64,000 bases of DNA from contig JANTHB010000001.1 of assembly GCA_024762655.1 (NCBI GenBank), positions 20,015 to 84,014 on the forward strand, given 5' to 3'. The stretch is from Bacteroidales bacterium. Lineage in GTDB: Bacteria > Bacteroidota > Bacteroidia > Bacteroidales > VadinHA17. Made by a program: the position numbers and the translations under genes. Of this stretch, positions 47,932-57,053 are shown piece by piece. Below the pieces are notes generated by a model that made no database searches, had not been told where the DNA came from, and saw only the letters and a program-made list of their open reading frames with translations. Numbering within the stretch: the first letter of the stretch is position 1; each line of letters begins with the position of its first letter.

Positions 47932-48047
47932 GGTATATTATGTTTACCGGCGCAATTTAAATACATATTAAAATATTTATTTAAATACATATTTAAAAGA
48001 GGGGGCTGTGGTCTTTCCGGGAGCCGGCCAAAAGGGGGCTGATACGA

Positions 48048-49508
48048 TTATTTAGGCGTACCGGAGTCTTCCATAAGCAGCAAATCTATCCAGGATTCTT
48101 TTTTACGGCGGTGTTTTTTATAGCGTTCGTTCATGTATTTTTTAACTTTTTTATGAAACAACCAGCAGGTTTTCATACGCAAGTTTAGTGTTTGGGATAA
48201 CTGAGTGATGTTAATGGTTCGGCCTGTGCTTGTGATGATCAGTATATACAAGGCTTTTTCGATCGGAAAACGGAGGTGGTGAAAAATGGTCCCTGCGGTA
48301 ACTGATTCTTTGTAGTTGCAAATCTTGCATCTTCTGACAAAAGGTTCATCCACACTGTATTTAGTGCTCCCACATTTCTTACAGGTAAATCCCTTCCCCC
48401 ATTTCAGATTGGCCAGAAGTTTGTAGCACGCATCTTTGTTTGGAAAGAATTTTCTGAATTCGTTGTAGTCCAGGAGCTTCTGCATAACACGTGCTTCCGA
48501 GATTCCTTTCAGTTCTTCCGACAGTTTGATATTGTGTTTTTTCAACAGTTCATTCATCCGGCGTATTTCATGGGATTGTTGTTCTATCTGCTCTTTTTGC
48601 TGCAGGATCTCATCTCTTTGCCGGCGTATTTCTTTGGTACGGACAGCTACCTGCATTTGCAATAACTTTTTCTGTCTCCGTGTGATCAGGAGTCTTGCTT
48701 CGAAGTACAGAAAAACAACCAGAATGATCAGGGACAGAATGATGAATTTGAAAAGAAGGGTCTTGGTAAAAGGAGGGATGATATGAATGATCAATTCAGC
48801 GGGTACAGGATTCCATACCCCATCGCTGTTGGCTGCTTTTACCTTGAAAATATATTTTCCCCCGTCCAGGTTGGTGTAGGTTGCTTCGCGACGGTGTGCA
48901 TCGGTATATTGCCAGGTCTTATCAAAGTTCTCGAGCATATAAGCATACTTGTTTTTTTCAGGATATTCGAAATGCAATCCCGTGAACTCAATGGTAAATA
49001 CATTGTGTTTATAATTAAGGATGATCTCCCTGGTTTCGGAGATGGGTTTAGTGAGTATGGTTTTCCCCAGGATCTTTTGGTGTGGGAATACCGGTTTCTG
49101 AAAGATTCTCAGGCCTGTGATCATGCAGATCGGAGGGATGGGGTTGTCAACGATTTTGTACGGATGGAAGAGGTTAAAACCGTTGGTTCCGCCAAAAAAC
49201 ATCGTTCCGTCCACCCCCGTGAGAGAGGAATTTTCAAGAAATTCCTCATCCTGCAGACCGTCTTCCACATCAAATTTTTTTATACGTATGATTTTATGTG
49301 TAACGCTATCCCTTATGATCTCTGCAAGGCCTTTGTTTGTACTAACCCATAGATTTTTATCTTTATCCTCTTCGATGGATTTGATGAAATTGGAAGGCAG
49401 TCCGTCTTCAGTGGTAATGCGGGAAAATCCTTTTCGGGGAGAAATTAGTTTATTTAATAGGTATGGTTTGTTTCCCGTGATTAACAGGAATGGTTCTTTT
49501 CCCTTCGA
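48048..49508 (-). pseudogene. 5'-truncated Reg_prop/Y_Y_Y sensor fused via TM and coiled coil to an IS1595-type zinc-ribbon/HTH module
   Basis: The ORF-track CDS 48048-49268 starts at a GTG. The same frame stays open upstream to 49508 and encodes a propeller repeat (GLPSNFIKSIEEDKDKNLWVSTNKGLAEI) with no start codon. It runs into the 3' end of the upstream gene. The C-terminus KWGKGFTCKKCGS...RRCKICNYKESVTAGTIFHHLRFPIEKA matches the IS1595 transposase N-terminal pattern, but no DDE domain follows. Confidence 0.55.
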
Positions 49509-51921
49509 TCAGGTAGCCCCTCAGTCCCGGAGGCAGTGTGACGGTAAAGGTTTTTTTATTATTATTTCCGGAATAGTCTACGATAATCATGCCACCGGGG
49601 TGAGGGAAAGCTGCATGAAACCTAGAGAGGTTTCCGGGATTAGGCTGTATTATCACCGTGGAGAAACCCGGTGATCCCGGATAAATACCTGCAATGGTAT
49701 GTAAAAAGTCAAAACAAGGGCTGGCACTCCATCCGTGGCATTCCGACCGGGGATTGATATCTGTTTCTCCGAAAGTAGTCATACCGTTCCTGATCATGTG
49801 AGTCCAGGGACCCAGCATTTCGGTATAGCGGTTTCCCATGCCTGTTTTTTGCAGGGCTCTGAAAAGATAGAACCTGAAGTAGATGGTGGCTTGTATCAGG
49901 GAAGAATCGGTCAGGATGCGATTCATAAGTGCCTGCTGTTCACTTTTTGGCAAAACATCGGCCAGGATTGCAAAGACATTGGTGTGTTGTGAGAAGATCT
50001 TTTTTTCCGGTGTTTCTGCAATCATCTTTCTGCCGGGGTCATAGCACAAACGGGTTACCTGCTCTGATATGCGGGTGGCCAGGGTCCGGTATTTTCCGGC
50101 TTTTTCTTTCAGACCAAAGAAATCAAATAATTCTGCAGCATTTTTCAGGGCGATCACGAATTGGAGGGAGACATTGGCAGAATGACCTTTGTCGGCACCC
50201 GGGGGAATCCCGTTTGGAAAGCCCCGGGCCCAGTCGGTAAAGTTCCACCATTCGAGACCGGACAACAAGCCGGTACTGTCAATGTGTCTTTCGAACCATT
50301 CCAGAACATCCGAAATACCTGGGAGAAAATCCCGGATAAAGCCGGGATCGTTCCTGTACATGAAATAATCGTGGATCATATCGATCCAGAGCAGGGAATA
50401 GGGCGGAATAATCTGGGTGATATAAGCAGGGTATCTGCTTTGGGTGAGACCGTCCGGGATGCGTGAGTTGTCGAACTGTCGTATGGCCTTGCGCATCAGC
50501 CGGTCGTCGCCTGAGACACACAGGGATACCAGTGCTTCTATCCGTGTATCCCCGATGTATTGTAGTTGTTCATAGTAAGGATCCATGTAGGTTTCTGCCG
50601 CAGAATTACGGATTGTTCTCCAGGCAACCTGCCAGATCCTGGTAAGCAGGGTATCGTCAGATTCAAAACGGGCTTTCTGCTGGAAAGGATAAACCGTGTA
50701 AACACTGTGGTAATCTTCCAGGATAAGGGGTTCGTTACCGGTTTTTATTTCAAACTGAACAAACCGGTAGGTGCGTCTGCCCCAGGGAACAAAGCTCCTG
50801 TGGTCACCACCGTCGGGTAGCAGGATATCGTAGATGCCGCGGATTTCTTTATTTTTGAAAATATTCCTGTTTCCTTTAAGGTCGTAATAGCTGAGGTTCC
50901 CGTCCGAAGTGTTCTCATATGATGGGGTTGTTTTAAATAATGCTTCCGCATAGGTGATTTTGATACGGCTGTTTTTCCCCTTGCTATAAGTCAATTCAGG
51001 ATATCCGGTGGTGTGAAAGGTCTGGTCGAGTAAAAGAGAGATTGTGGTATTGGAAGGAATAACCAGATGGCCGGTACCATTCAGAAAGGCCGGGTCCGGG
51101 TCCATGTTTTCAGATCTTATTATCTTCGGGAACCTTTGTGTTTCTCGTTCCATAAATGGTATCGTGCGGGGTACGAGGAACCAGGTGCTACCGTATAAAA
51201 ATCCTCTGCCTACGGCAAATTCCACGGTGGCTTTTTTGGGCCTGAGCCAGTCCGAATCATCATATCCGGGTTGTTTCCATCCCCAGGGATGTTTTTTCCC
51301 ATCCATTTTATCTCCGGGGCCGGCGGCATAATAAGCCCCCAGGGAATCACTGACAAAAGGGATGTCTTCATACGCAGCATCCCGTATGACTTTCCATGTC
51401 ATTGTTCCCGTATTGACATTTAAGGGGAGATTTTTATCTCCTTGCAGGATCAATGCGGTTTGAAAGGTCTGTTGGGCAGCTTTCCGGTATTCTCCGAAGT
51501 TGATCACTTCCATGGCCAGGGTGTTTTTACCTTTTAGCAGATAGGGTGCTATATCGGTAGTCTCATAACGCCAGTTTAAGAGATCCCCTTCTGCGGGTCC
51601 TGAGCATATGAAGGTGCCGTTGACGTAAAACCTGTAACGGTTATCGGCAGATAAAAAAACCCTGAACGAATCCGGGATGGCGGTGAGAGTGAAATCTTTT
51701 CTGAACAGAAAAACTCCATAGTCCAGGGTTGAGGCTTCCGGATGAGTAATCCATTGAGCCGTCCAGGCATGTTTAAGCTGAGTATAGTCTTTCCCTTGGA
51801 AGTTAACCTCTACAGAGGATTCCTGTGCCTCTGAGAGACGCGGAAAAAACAGGACGCTTGTTCCCACGAGAAGAAGGAACAAACATACAGGCCGGAATAT
51901 GGAATGCAGGGTTCGGTTCAT
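49450..51921 (-). CDS. GH78-like alpha-L-rhamnosidase family glycoside hydrolase (secreted)
   Basis: 823 aa with a signal peptide. Rhamnosidase-N-like region (AQWITHP, LFRKDFTL, RYRFYVNG) and a six-hairpin region (DPYYEQLQYIGDTRIEAL). Assigned from motif recall only. Confidence 0.55.
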   Translation of the reverse strand: MNRTLHSIFRPVCLFLLLVGTSVLFFPRLSEAQESSVEVNFQGKDYTQLKHAWTAQWITHPEASTLDYGVFLFRKDFTLTAIPDSFRVFLSADNRYRFYVNGTFICSGPAEGDLLNWRYETTDIAPYLLKGKNTLAMEVINFGEYRKAAQQTFQTALILQGDKNLPLNVNTGTMTWKVIRDAAYEDIPFVSDSLGAYYAAGPGDKMDGKKHPWGWKQPGYDDSDWLRPKKATVEFAVGRGFLYGSTWFLVPRTIPFMERETQRFPKIIRSENMDPDPAFLNGTGHLVIPSNTTISLLLDQTFHTTGYPELTYSKGKNSRIKITYAEALFKTTPSYENTSDGNLSYYDLKGNRNIFKNKEIRGIYDILLPDGGDHRSFVPWGRRTYRFVQFEIKTGNEPLILEDYHSVYTVYPFQQKARFESDDTLLTRIWQVAWRTIRNSAAETYMDPYYEQLQYIGDTRIEALVSLCVSGDDRLMRKAIRQFDNSRIPDGLTQSRYPAYITQIIPPYSLLWIDMIHDYFMYRNDPGFIRDFLPGISDVLEWFERHIDSTGLLSGLEWWNFTDWARGFPNGIPPGADKGHSANVSLQFVIALKNAAELFDFFGLKEKAGKYRTLATRISEQVTRLCYDPGRKMIAETPEKKIFSQHTNVFAILADVLPKSEQQALMNRILTDSSLIQATIYFRFYLFRALQKTGMGNRYTEMLGPWTHMIRNGMTTFGETDINPRSECHGWSASPCFDFLHTIAGIYPGSPGFSTVIIQPNPGNLSRFHAAFPHPGGMIIVDYSGNNNKKTFTVTLPPGLRGYLIEGKRTIPVNHGKQTIPIK

Positions 51922-51958
51922 GATGCATTTTTCCTGAAAGGATTAATAACGGATAAAA

Positions 51959-52936
51959 TCATTTGGCTATCTTAGATTTGTCAACGCCCAGAAAAGAGAT
52001 ACCATTCCACACATCACTGACCACCAGGTTGTTCTCAATGGTCCAGTTGTAAAAGTATCCGTCAAAGCAACCGATCCCCTGCATCATCGATTTCTCGATC
52101 TGATTGGTATCCGTATAGCTGATGATGATATTATTGCGGAGGACCACGTCACGGACGGTCTCTTCCACACCGCCCACCGCGCTGGTGTAGCTTTGGAACC
52201 CGTCGTCATGGTTGCCGGGACCTTCATCAGAAGGACTGTAACCGGTCACGTCATAACAGTTTTTTACAAAATTGTTTTCATACCGGCAATAGCTGGCCAG
52301 CCCGCGTATGGCATCACCTACAAAATTCTCGATCGTGTTGCCTTTTATTATGGTATGCTGCCCTTCCACCACCAGAGCAAAGTTAATATTTCGGATATGA
52401 TTGTTATACAGACCACTTTCGCTGCTTTTTATCATAAAACCGCTGGAGGTGCGGTTGAACCAGTCGGTGCGATTCCAGTTTTTGGTGTCGGCGTTGCTGT
52501 AAACGTCACAATCCTCAAAAAGAATGTGATCCGAATTGGAGCTGGTCTGTACCAGGAAGATCATGTCGTATACATCATTGCCTTCAGGCAGTTCCGAGGA
52601 GATATGCAGGCCCTCGATTTTCCAGTAGGAGGCGCTGGAAAATTTGATTGACTCCACCATTGCCGTATCACTCCCGGTTGGGATAACGACCACATAATTG
52701 CTGTTTCTACCGAAGAGATAAGGCTTGCCATGGTTCCCCGGCATCAGGAAGATCGTGTCCCCCGCCTGAAAGGATTTGTGGGCTTCAAAAACAGCCTGCA
52801 ACGTGCTCCATGCTGTTGCCGGTGTATATCCGCTGTTTGCCATGCTGCCATTCACCAGATCGCAATAATAACTCACAGCAACAGCTTCTAACGAATAGAA
52901 CAGGACCAACCCTGCCAGTATTATGAACTTCCTCAT
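51959..52936 (-). CDS. Secreted right-handed parallel beta-helix repeat protein (glycan lyase/hydrolase-like)
   Basis: 325 aa. Signal peptide and PbH1-like repeats (NNHIRNINFALVVEG, KGNTIENFVGDAIRG, ENNFVKNC, RNNIIIS). Confidence 0.45.
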   Translation of the reverse strand: MRKFIILAGLVLFYSLEAVAVSYYCDLVNGSMANSGYTPATAWSTLQAVFEAHKSFQAGDTIFLMPGNHGKPYLFGRNSNYVVVIPTGSDTAMVESIKFSSASYWKIEGLHISSELPEGNDVYDMIFLVQTSSNSDHILFEDCDVYSNADTKNWNRTDWFNRTSSGFMIKSSESGLYNNHIRNINFALVVEGQHTIIKGNTIENFVGDAIRGLASYCRYENNFVKNCYDVTGYSPSDEGPGNHDDGFQSYTSAVGGVEETVRDVVLRNNIIISYTDTNQIEKSMMQGIGCFDGYFYNWTIENNLVVSDVWNGISFLGVDKSKIAK

Positions 52937-53075
52937 TTGTACTACCCTCTTATTTTAGCAGATTTTAACAGACAAAATATTCCTGCTTCAAAAATACAAT
53001 TTTTTAACTGAATCACACAATCGTTTGCGTTAATCGTTAAGAAATGTTTTATTTGTACTTCAAATCATAAACGAC

Positions 53076-53408
53076 ATGAATCCTTTACTGGGAAATTTTT
53101 ATCACGCGTTGGGGGGGCAGGCGGCTGCCAGTGTTTATATTCCTTACAACAAAGTAAAGGACTGGGCGTGGGAGGTGTACTGGTTGACGGGAGGTTTTTT
53201 CTCCTGGATTCTGATGTCCTGGCTGGTCTCTCTGATTTTTGTTCCCGGCCTGCGGGAGTTGATGCACAGTGTCCCGTTGAATAATCTGATCTGGCCTTAT
53301 GTTTTTGGTGTGTTGTGGGGGATAGGAGGGCTTACCTTTGGTCTGACCATCCTGGTGGTATCCATTTTTAACATAGGAGCCGGGAATTACATTCAGCAAT
53401 TTGAATGA
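53076..53408 (+). pseudogene. rhaT: Truncated L-rhamnose:proton symporter (N-terminal ~90 of ~340 residues)
   Basis: The 110-aa ORF aligns by eye with the E. coli RhaT N-terminus (YHALGGQAAASVYIPYNKVKDWAWEVYWLTGG vs [32 protein letters not shown]; ...WGIGGLTFGLT vs WGIGNINYGLT). It then diverges and stops, overlapping the next gene start. Confidence 0.7.
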
Positions 53409-54508
53409 CAGAAATAAATAATATAATGACACCAAAAGAGCGTTTTGCAAAGACCATGCGTCACGAAAATCCTGACCGGCCCCCCATTTTTGTGACGTTC
53501 ACCCCTCAGGTGGCACGGAAAATGTCGGATCATCTGGGTATGCCTTACGAGGATCCCTATGATTCGCTGCTGTCCACGCGTATCTCGCACATGGACCTGC
53601 TCACCTCACTGGGCAACGACTTCGTTGGTATCGCAGCCTGTGCCCCGGACAATTTTCCTACCCGGGATACCGGAAACGGGATTTTAGAAAATGAATGGCA
53701 TATGAAGTTCATTGATCAGGGGATTTATTTTGAGTTTTATGAATATCCCCTTGCACATGCAGCCACCAAAGCGGATATTGATAATTTCGATTTTCCGGAT
53801 CCTTATGCTCCCGGACGATTCGATGTTGCCAGGGCAAATTACAGCAAGTATAAAGATGAATATGTGATCGTAGCGGACCTGGAAACGGCTATTTTTGAAA
53901 CATCCTGGTACCTGGTGGGTCTGGAAAAGCTGCTTGTTGACATGATGATGAGCGCTGAATATGTAGAGCCTCTGCTGGATCGTATCATGGAGGTGAATCT
54001 GGCCATTGGAAAAGAGCTGATTGCCATGGGGGCCGACATGATCTGGGCCGGTGATGATTTCGGCTCACAGAAGGGGATGCTGATCTCCCCGGACTTGTGG
54101 AGACAATATTTCAAACCCCGAATGAAATATATGTTTGAAGAATTCCGGAAAGTGAATCCGGACATTAAGATCGCCTGGCATACATGTGGCTCTGTCCTGC
54201 CCATCATCCCAGAGCTTATAGAGATCGGTCTGGATGTGCTTAATCCCATTCAACCGTTGGCGGCAGGGATGGATGCGGAATTCCTGAAAAAGACTTACGG
54301 AGACCAGTTGGTCTTTTTCGGCGGCTTAGATATACAGAAACTGATGCCTACCGGGACGCCGGAAGATATCCGGGCCGAGGTGCGACGTTTGAACAGGATC
54401 CTGGGAGAGAACGGCGGGTATATCATCGCCCCGGCACATAACATTCAGGATGATACCCCCGTGGAAAATATTATGGCCTTTTTTGATGAAGCCAAAAAAC
54501 CGCTGTAG
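53405..54508 (+). CDS. Uroporphyrinogen-decarboxylase (URO-D) family protein, MtaA/CmuA-like corrinoid methyltransferase candidate
   Basis: 367 aa. URO-D/MtaA-like N-terminus (TPKERFAKTMRHENPDRPPIF) and C-terminal blocks (WAGDDFGSQKGMLISP, AWHTCGS, LNPIQP). An alternative start lies at 53426. Confidence 0.7.
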   Translation: MTEINNIMTPKERFAKTMRHENPDRPPIFVTFTPQVARKMSDHLGMPYEDPYDSLLSTRISHMDLLTSLGNDFVGIAACAPDNFPTRDTGNGILENEWHMKFIDQGIYFEFYEYPLAHAATKADIDNFDFPDPYAPGRFDVARANYSKYKDEYVIVADLETAIFETSWYLVGLEKLLVDMMMSAEYVEPLLDRIMEVNLAIGKELIAMGADMIWAGDDFGSQKGMLISPDLWRQYFKPRMKYMFEEFRKVNPDIKIAWHTCGSVLPIIPELIEIGLDVLNPIQPLAAGMDAEFLKKTYGDQLVFFGGLDIQKLMPTGTPEDIRAEVRRLNRILGENGGYIIAPAHNIQDDTPVENIMAFFDEAKKPL

Positions 54509-54822
54509 TTCCGGAGAAAAAGCCATTTGTCGATAATTATTTCAATTATTGCGCAAATAGCAAAAAAGTAAAACCTGAAAACCGGCAGGCATTGCGATAA
54601 TGCATCCGGTTTCTCCGATAAACGTATAAACTCCCTGCAATACCGAAAAGGATCTATTCATTCGAGAAGAATATTTTTTCAGTTCTTTTGTTTTGCATTT
54701 TTGACTGGCTTTTTACCGGACACTACTGAAAAAATAAGTTAAAGTAAAAATAAAATGATTTGTAAATAGTAAACATTTAAAGGGAAAATGTATCTTTATC
54801 CCTCTTATTATTATTTATAAAT

Positions 54823-55590
54823 ATGAAACGCAGAAATATGCTTGGCCTTTCGGCAGCAGCTGCCGGAGCCGCTTTTTCCCGTCCTTTGGATGCCATGAAT
54901 CCTGAGAAACCGGAACTCCCTGAAAAGAAACTAAAGATTCTGGTGGCGGGTGCCCATCCCGATGATCCCGAAACCGGCTGTGGAGGAACAATCCTGAGGT
55001 ATACTCAGGCCGGGCATGATGTGACGGCATTTTATCTGACCCGTGGCGAAGCTGGTATTCCCGGAAAAACCCATGAAGAAGCTGCGAAAATCAGAACCGC
55101 CGAACTCCGTGAAGCTTGTAAAATTATGAAAGCGAAACCTGTGTTTGGCGGCCAGATTGACGGGGATACTGTCGTAGACAGGAGTCAGTATGAATTAGTG
55201 CTGGCCATGATCAAAAATGAAAACCCCGATATCATCTTTACCCACTGGCCGGTGGATACACATCGCGATCACCGGGCCTGCTCAATTCTGATCTATGACG
55301 CTTGGCTGGCGCAGGGAATGAAAGCAGCGCTCTATTATTTCGAAGTGGATGCAGGGGGACAGACCCAGACTTTCCATCCTACGGATTATTGTGATATCAC
55401 ACCGGTGATTCAAAAGAAACATGAAGCCTGTTTTGTGCATAAAAGCCAGAAAATCAAAGAAGAAACCTATCCCGAATTCCATACAAAAATGGAAAGGTTC
55501 CGGGGCCTTGAATACGGTTGTGACTATGCCGAGGCGTTTGTACGGCATTCGCGAAGTATTGAAGGTTGGATCCCTCCAAAAATGATATAA
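54823..55590 (+). CDS. PIG-L/LmbE-family deacetylase with Tat-like signal
   Basis: 255 aa. N-terminal MKRRNMLGLSAAAAGAAF (twin-Arg) and zinc motif AHPDDPE. Confidence 0.75.
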   Translation: MKRRNMLGLSAAAAGAAFSRPLDAMNPEKPELPEKKLKILVAGAHPDDPETGCGGTILRYTQAGHDVTAFYLTRGEAGIPGKTHEEAAKIRTAELREACKIMKAKPVFGGQIDGDTVVDRSQYELVLAMIKNENPDIIFTHWPVDTHRDHRACSILIYDAWLAQGMKAALYYFEVDAGGQTQTFHPTDYCDITPVIQKKHEACFVHKSQKIKEETYPEFHTKMERFRGLEYGCDYAEAFVRHSRSIEGWIPPKMI

Positions 55591-55628
55591 TATTTATTGT
55601 CCGTATAGTATTTCAATGAAAATATAAA

Positions 55629-57011
55629 ATGATGAAAAAGGCAGGTTTACTTTTAATTTTTGTGGTATTGGTCATTAATGTCCGAGCCCAATGGTTGCAT
55701 ATCAGTCCCGATGGCCGGCATCTGGTAAAGGATGACGGTTCGGTTTTCTTTTATATGGCGGACACCGGCTGGGAGCTCTTCCACCGCTGTACGAAAAATG
55801 AGACGGAGATGTATCTGAAGGATCGTCATGCCAAGGGCTTCAATGTGGTCCAGGCAGTGGTGCTGGCCGAGCTGGACGGGCTGCATACTCCCAACGCGGA
55901 AGGGGAAGTTCCGTTGGCGGATGATGATCCTCTGCACCCCAATGAAAAATACTTTCAGCATGTGGATTGGGTGATACAAAAAGCTGCCGAGCTGGGTATG
56001 TATATTGCTGTGCTTCCCACCTGGGGAGACAAGTGGAACAAGCGATGGGGGGTAGGGCCGGTGATCTTTGATACACCAGAGAAAGCCCGAAAATATGGAA
56101 AATGGCTCGGGGAAAGATACAAAGACCAACCCAACATCATCTGGATCCTGGGGGGTGATCGGAATCCGGAGAAACCTTTGCATTTTGAGATCATTCGCGC
56201 CATGGCCGGAGGAATCCATGACGGAGATCAGGGGAAACATCTGATTACCTATCATCCCAGCGGAGGGAAATCGTCATCGCAATGGTTTCACAGTACATCC
56301 TGGCTTGATTTTAATATGGCACAGACGGGACATGGAATGAGAAACAATCCGGTGTACATTCAAGTTGATCATGATTATAATCTGCATCCTGTGAAACCCT
56401 GCCTGGACGGAGAACCTCAGTATGAAGATCATCCCGTAGCCTTCTCTGCATTGAATGAACGGTTTGTGGCCTACGATGCCCGCCAGGCAGCTTATTGGGC
56501 TGTACTGGCCGGCGCTTTGGGGCATACTTATGGCAACCATAATATCTGGCAGATGTGGACCCCTCAACGAACGCCGATCACCTGGGCCCGGATCCCCTGG
56601 TACTATGCCATCCATCAGCCGGGAGCGATGCAGATGGGGTACATGCGCAAACTTTTCGAATCACGTCCTTTTCTGGAGATGGTCCCGGATCAATCCCTTC
56701 TGGCCAATGTTTACGGACAGGATAAAAATGTGATCCGTGCAGCCCGGGGTGCAGACCGTTCGTTTGTGATCGTCTATACCTCCTATGGCGCACCTGTTCA
56801 TCTGCGTATGGAGAAAATGACGGCCGCCATGCTTAACGGATACTGGTACAATCCGCGTGAAGGGAATAGCATTCCGATAGAGGCGTTTGCCAATCCGCAT
56901 AAAACGAAAGTTTTTGTTCCTCCGTCAGGCGGTACCCGTACCGACTGGGTGCTGGTACTGGATGATCCGGATAAAAACTATCCCGATCCGGGGAAATTTA
57001 TGCTGAAATAA
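55629..57011 (+). CDS. GH140-like (DUF4038) glycoside hydrolase, secreted
   Basis: 460 aa with a signal peptide. Matches the DUF4038/GH140 pattern: FFYMADTGWELFHR, GFNVVQAVVLAELDG, PNEKYFQHVDWVIQKAAELGMYIAVLPTWGDKW. Confidence 0.7.
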   Translation: MMKKAGLLLIFVVLVINVRAQWLHISPDGRHLVKDDGSVFFYMADTGWELFHRCTKNETEMYLKDRHAKGFNVVQAVVLAELDGLHTPNAEGEVPLADDDPLHPNEKYFQHVDWVIQKAAELGMYIAVLPTWGDKWNKRWGVGPVIFDTPEKARKYGKWLGERYKDQPNIIWILGGDRNPEKPLHFEIIRAMAGGIHDGDQGKHLITYHPSGGKSSSQWFHSTSWLDFNMAQTGHGMRNNPVYIQVDHDYNLHPVKPCLDGEPQYEDHPVAFSALNERFVAYDARQAAYWAVLAGALGHTYGNHNIWQMWTPQRTPITWARIPWYYAIHQPGAMQMGYMRKLFESRPFLEMVPDQSLLANVYGQDKNVIRAARGADRSFVIVYTSYGAPVHLRMEKMTAAMLNGYWYNPREGNSIPIEAFANPHKTKVFVPPSGGTRTDWVLVLDDPDKNYPDPGKFMLK

Positions 57012-57053
57012 ATTTTCGTCTCTTTCTCAATAACAGATTAAAGGCTTTATCAG

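Noticed and set aside
48048-48480. An IS1595-family insertion sequence or transposase.
   Set aside because: Only the N-terminal zinc-ribbon/HTH part is present. It is fused in-frame to a sensor, with no DDE domain and no recognisable terminal inverted repeats. It is not called a mobile element.
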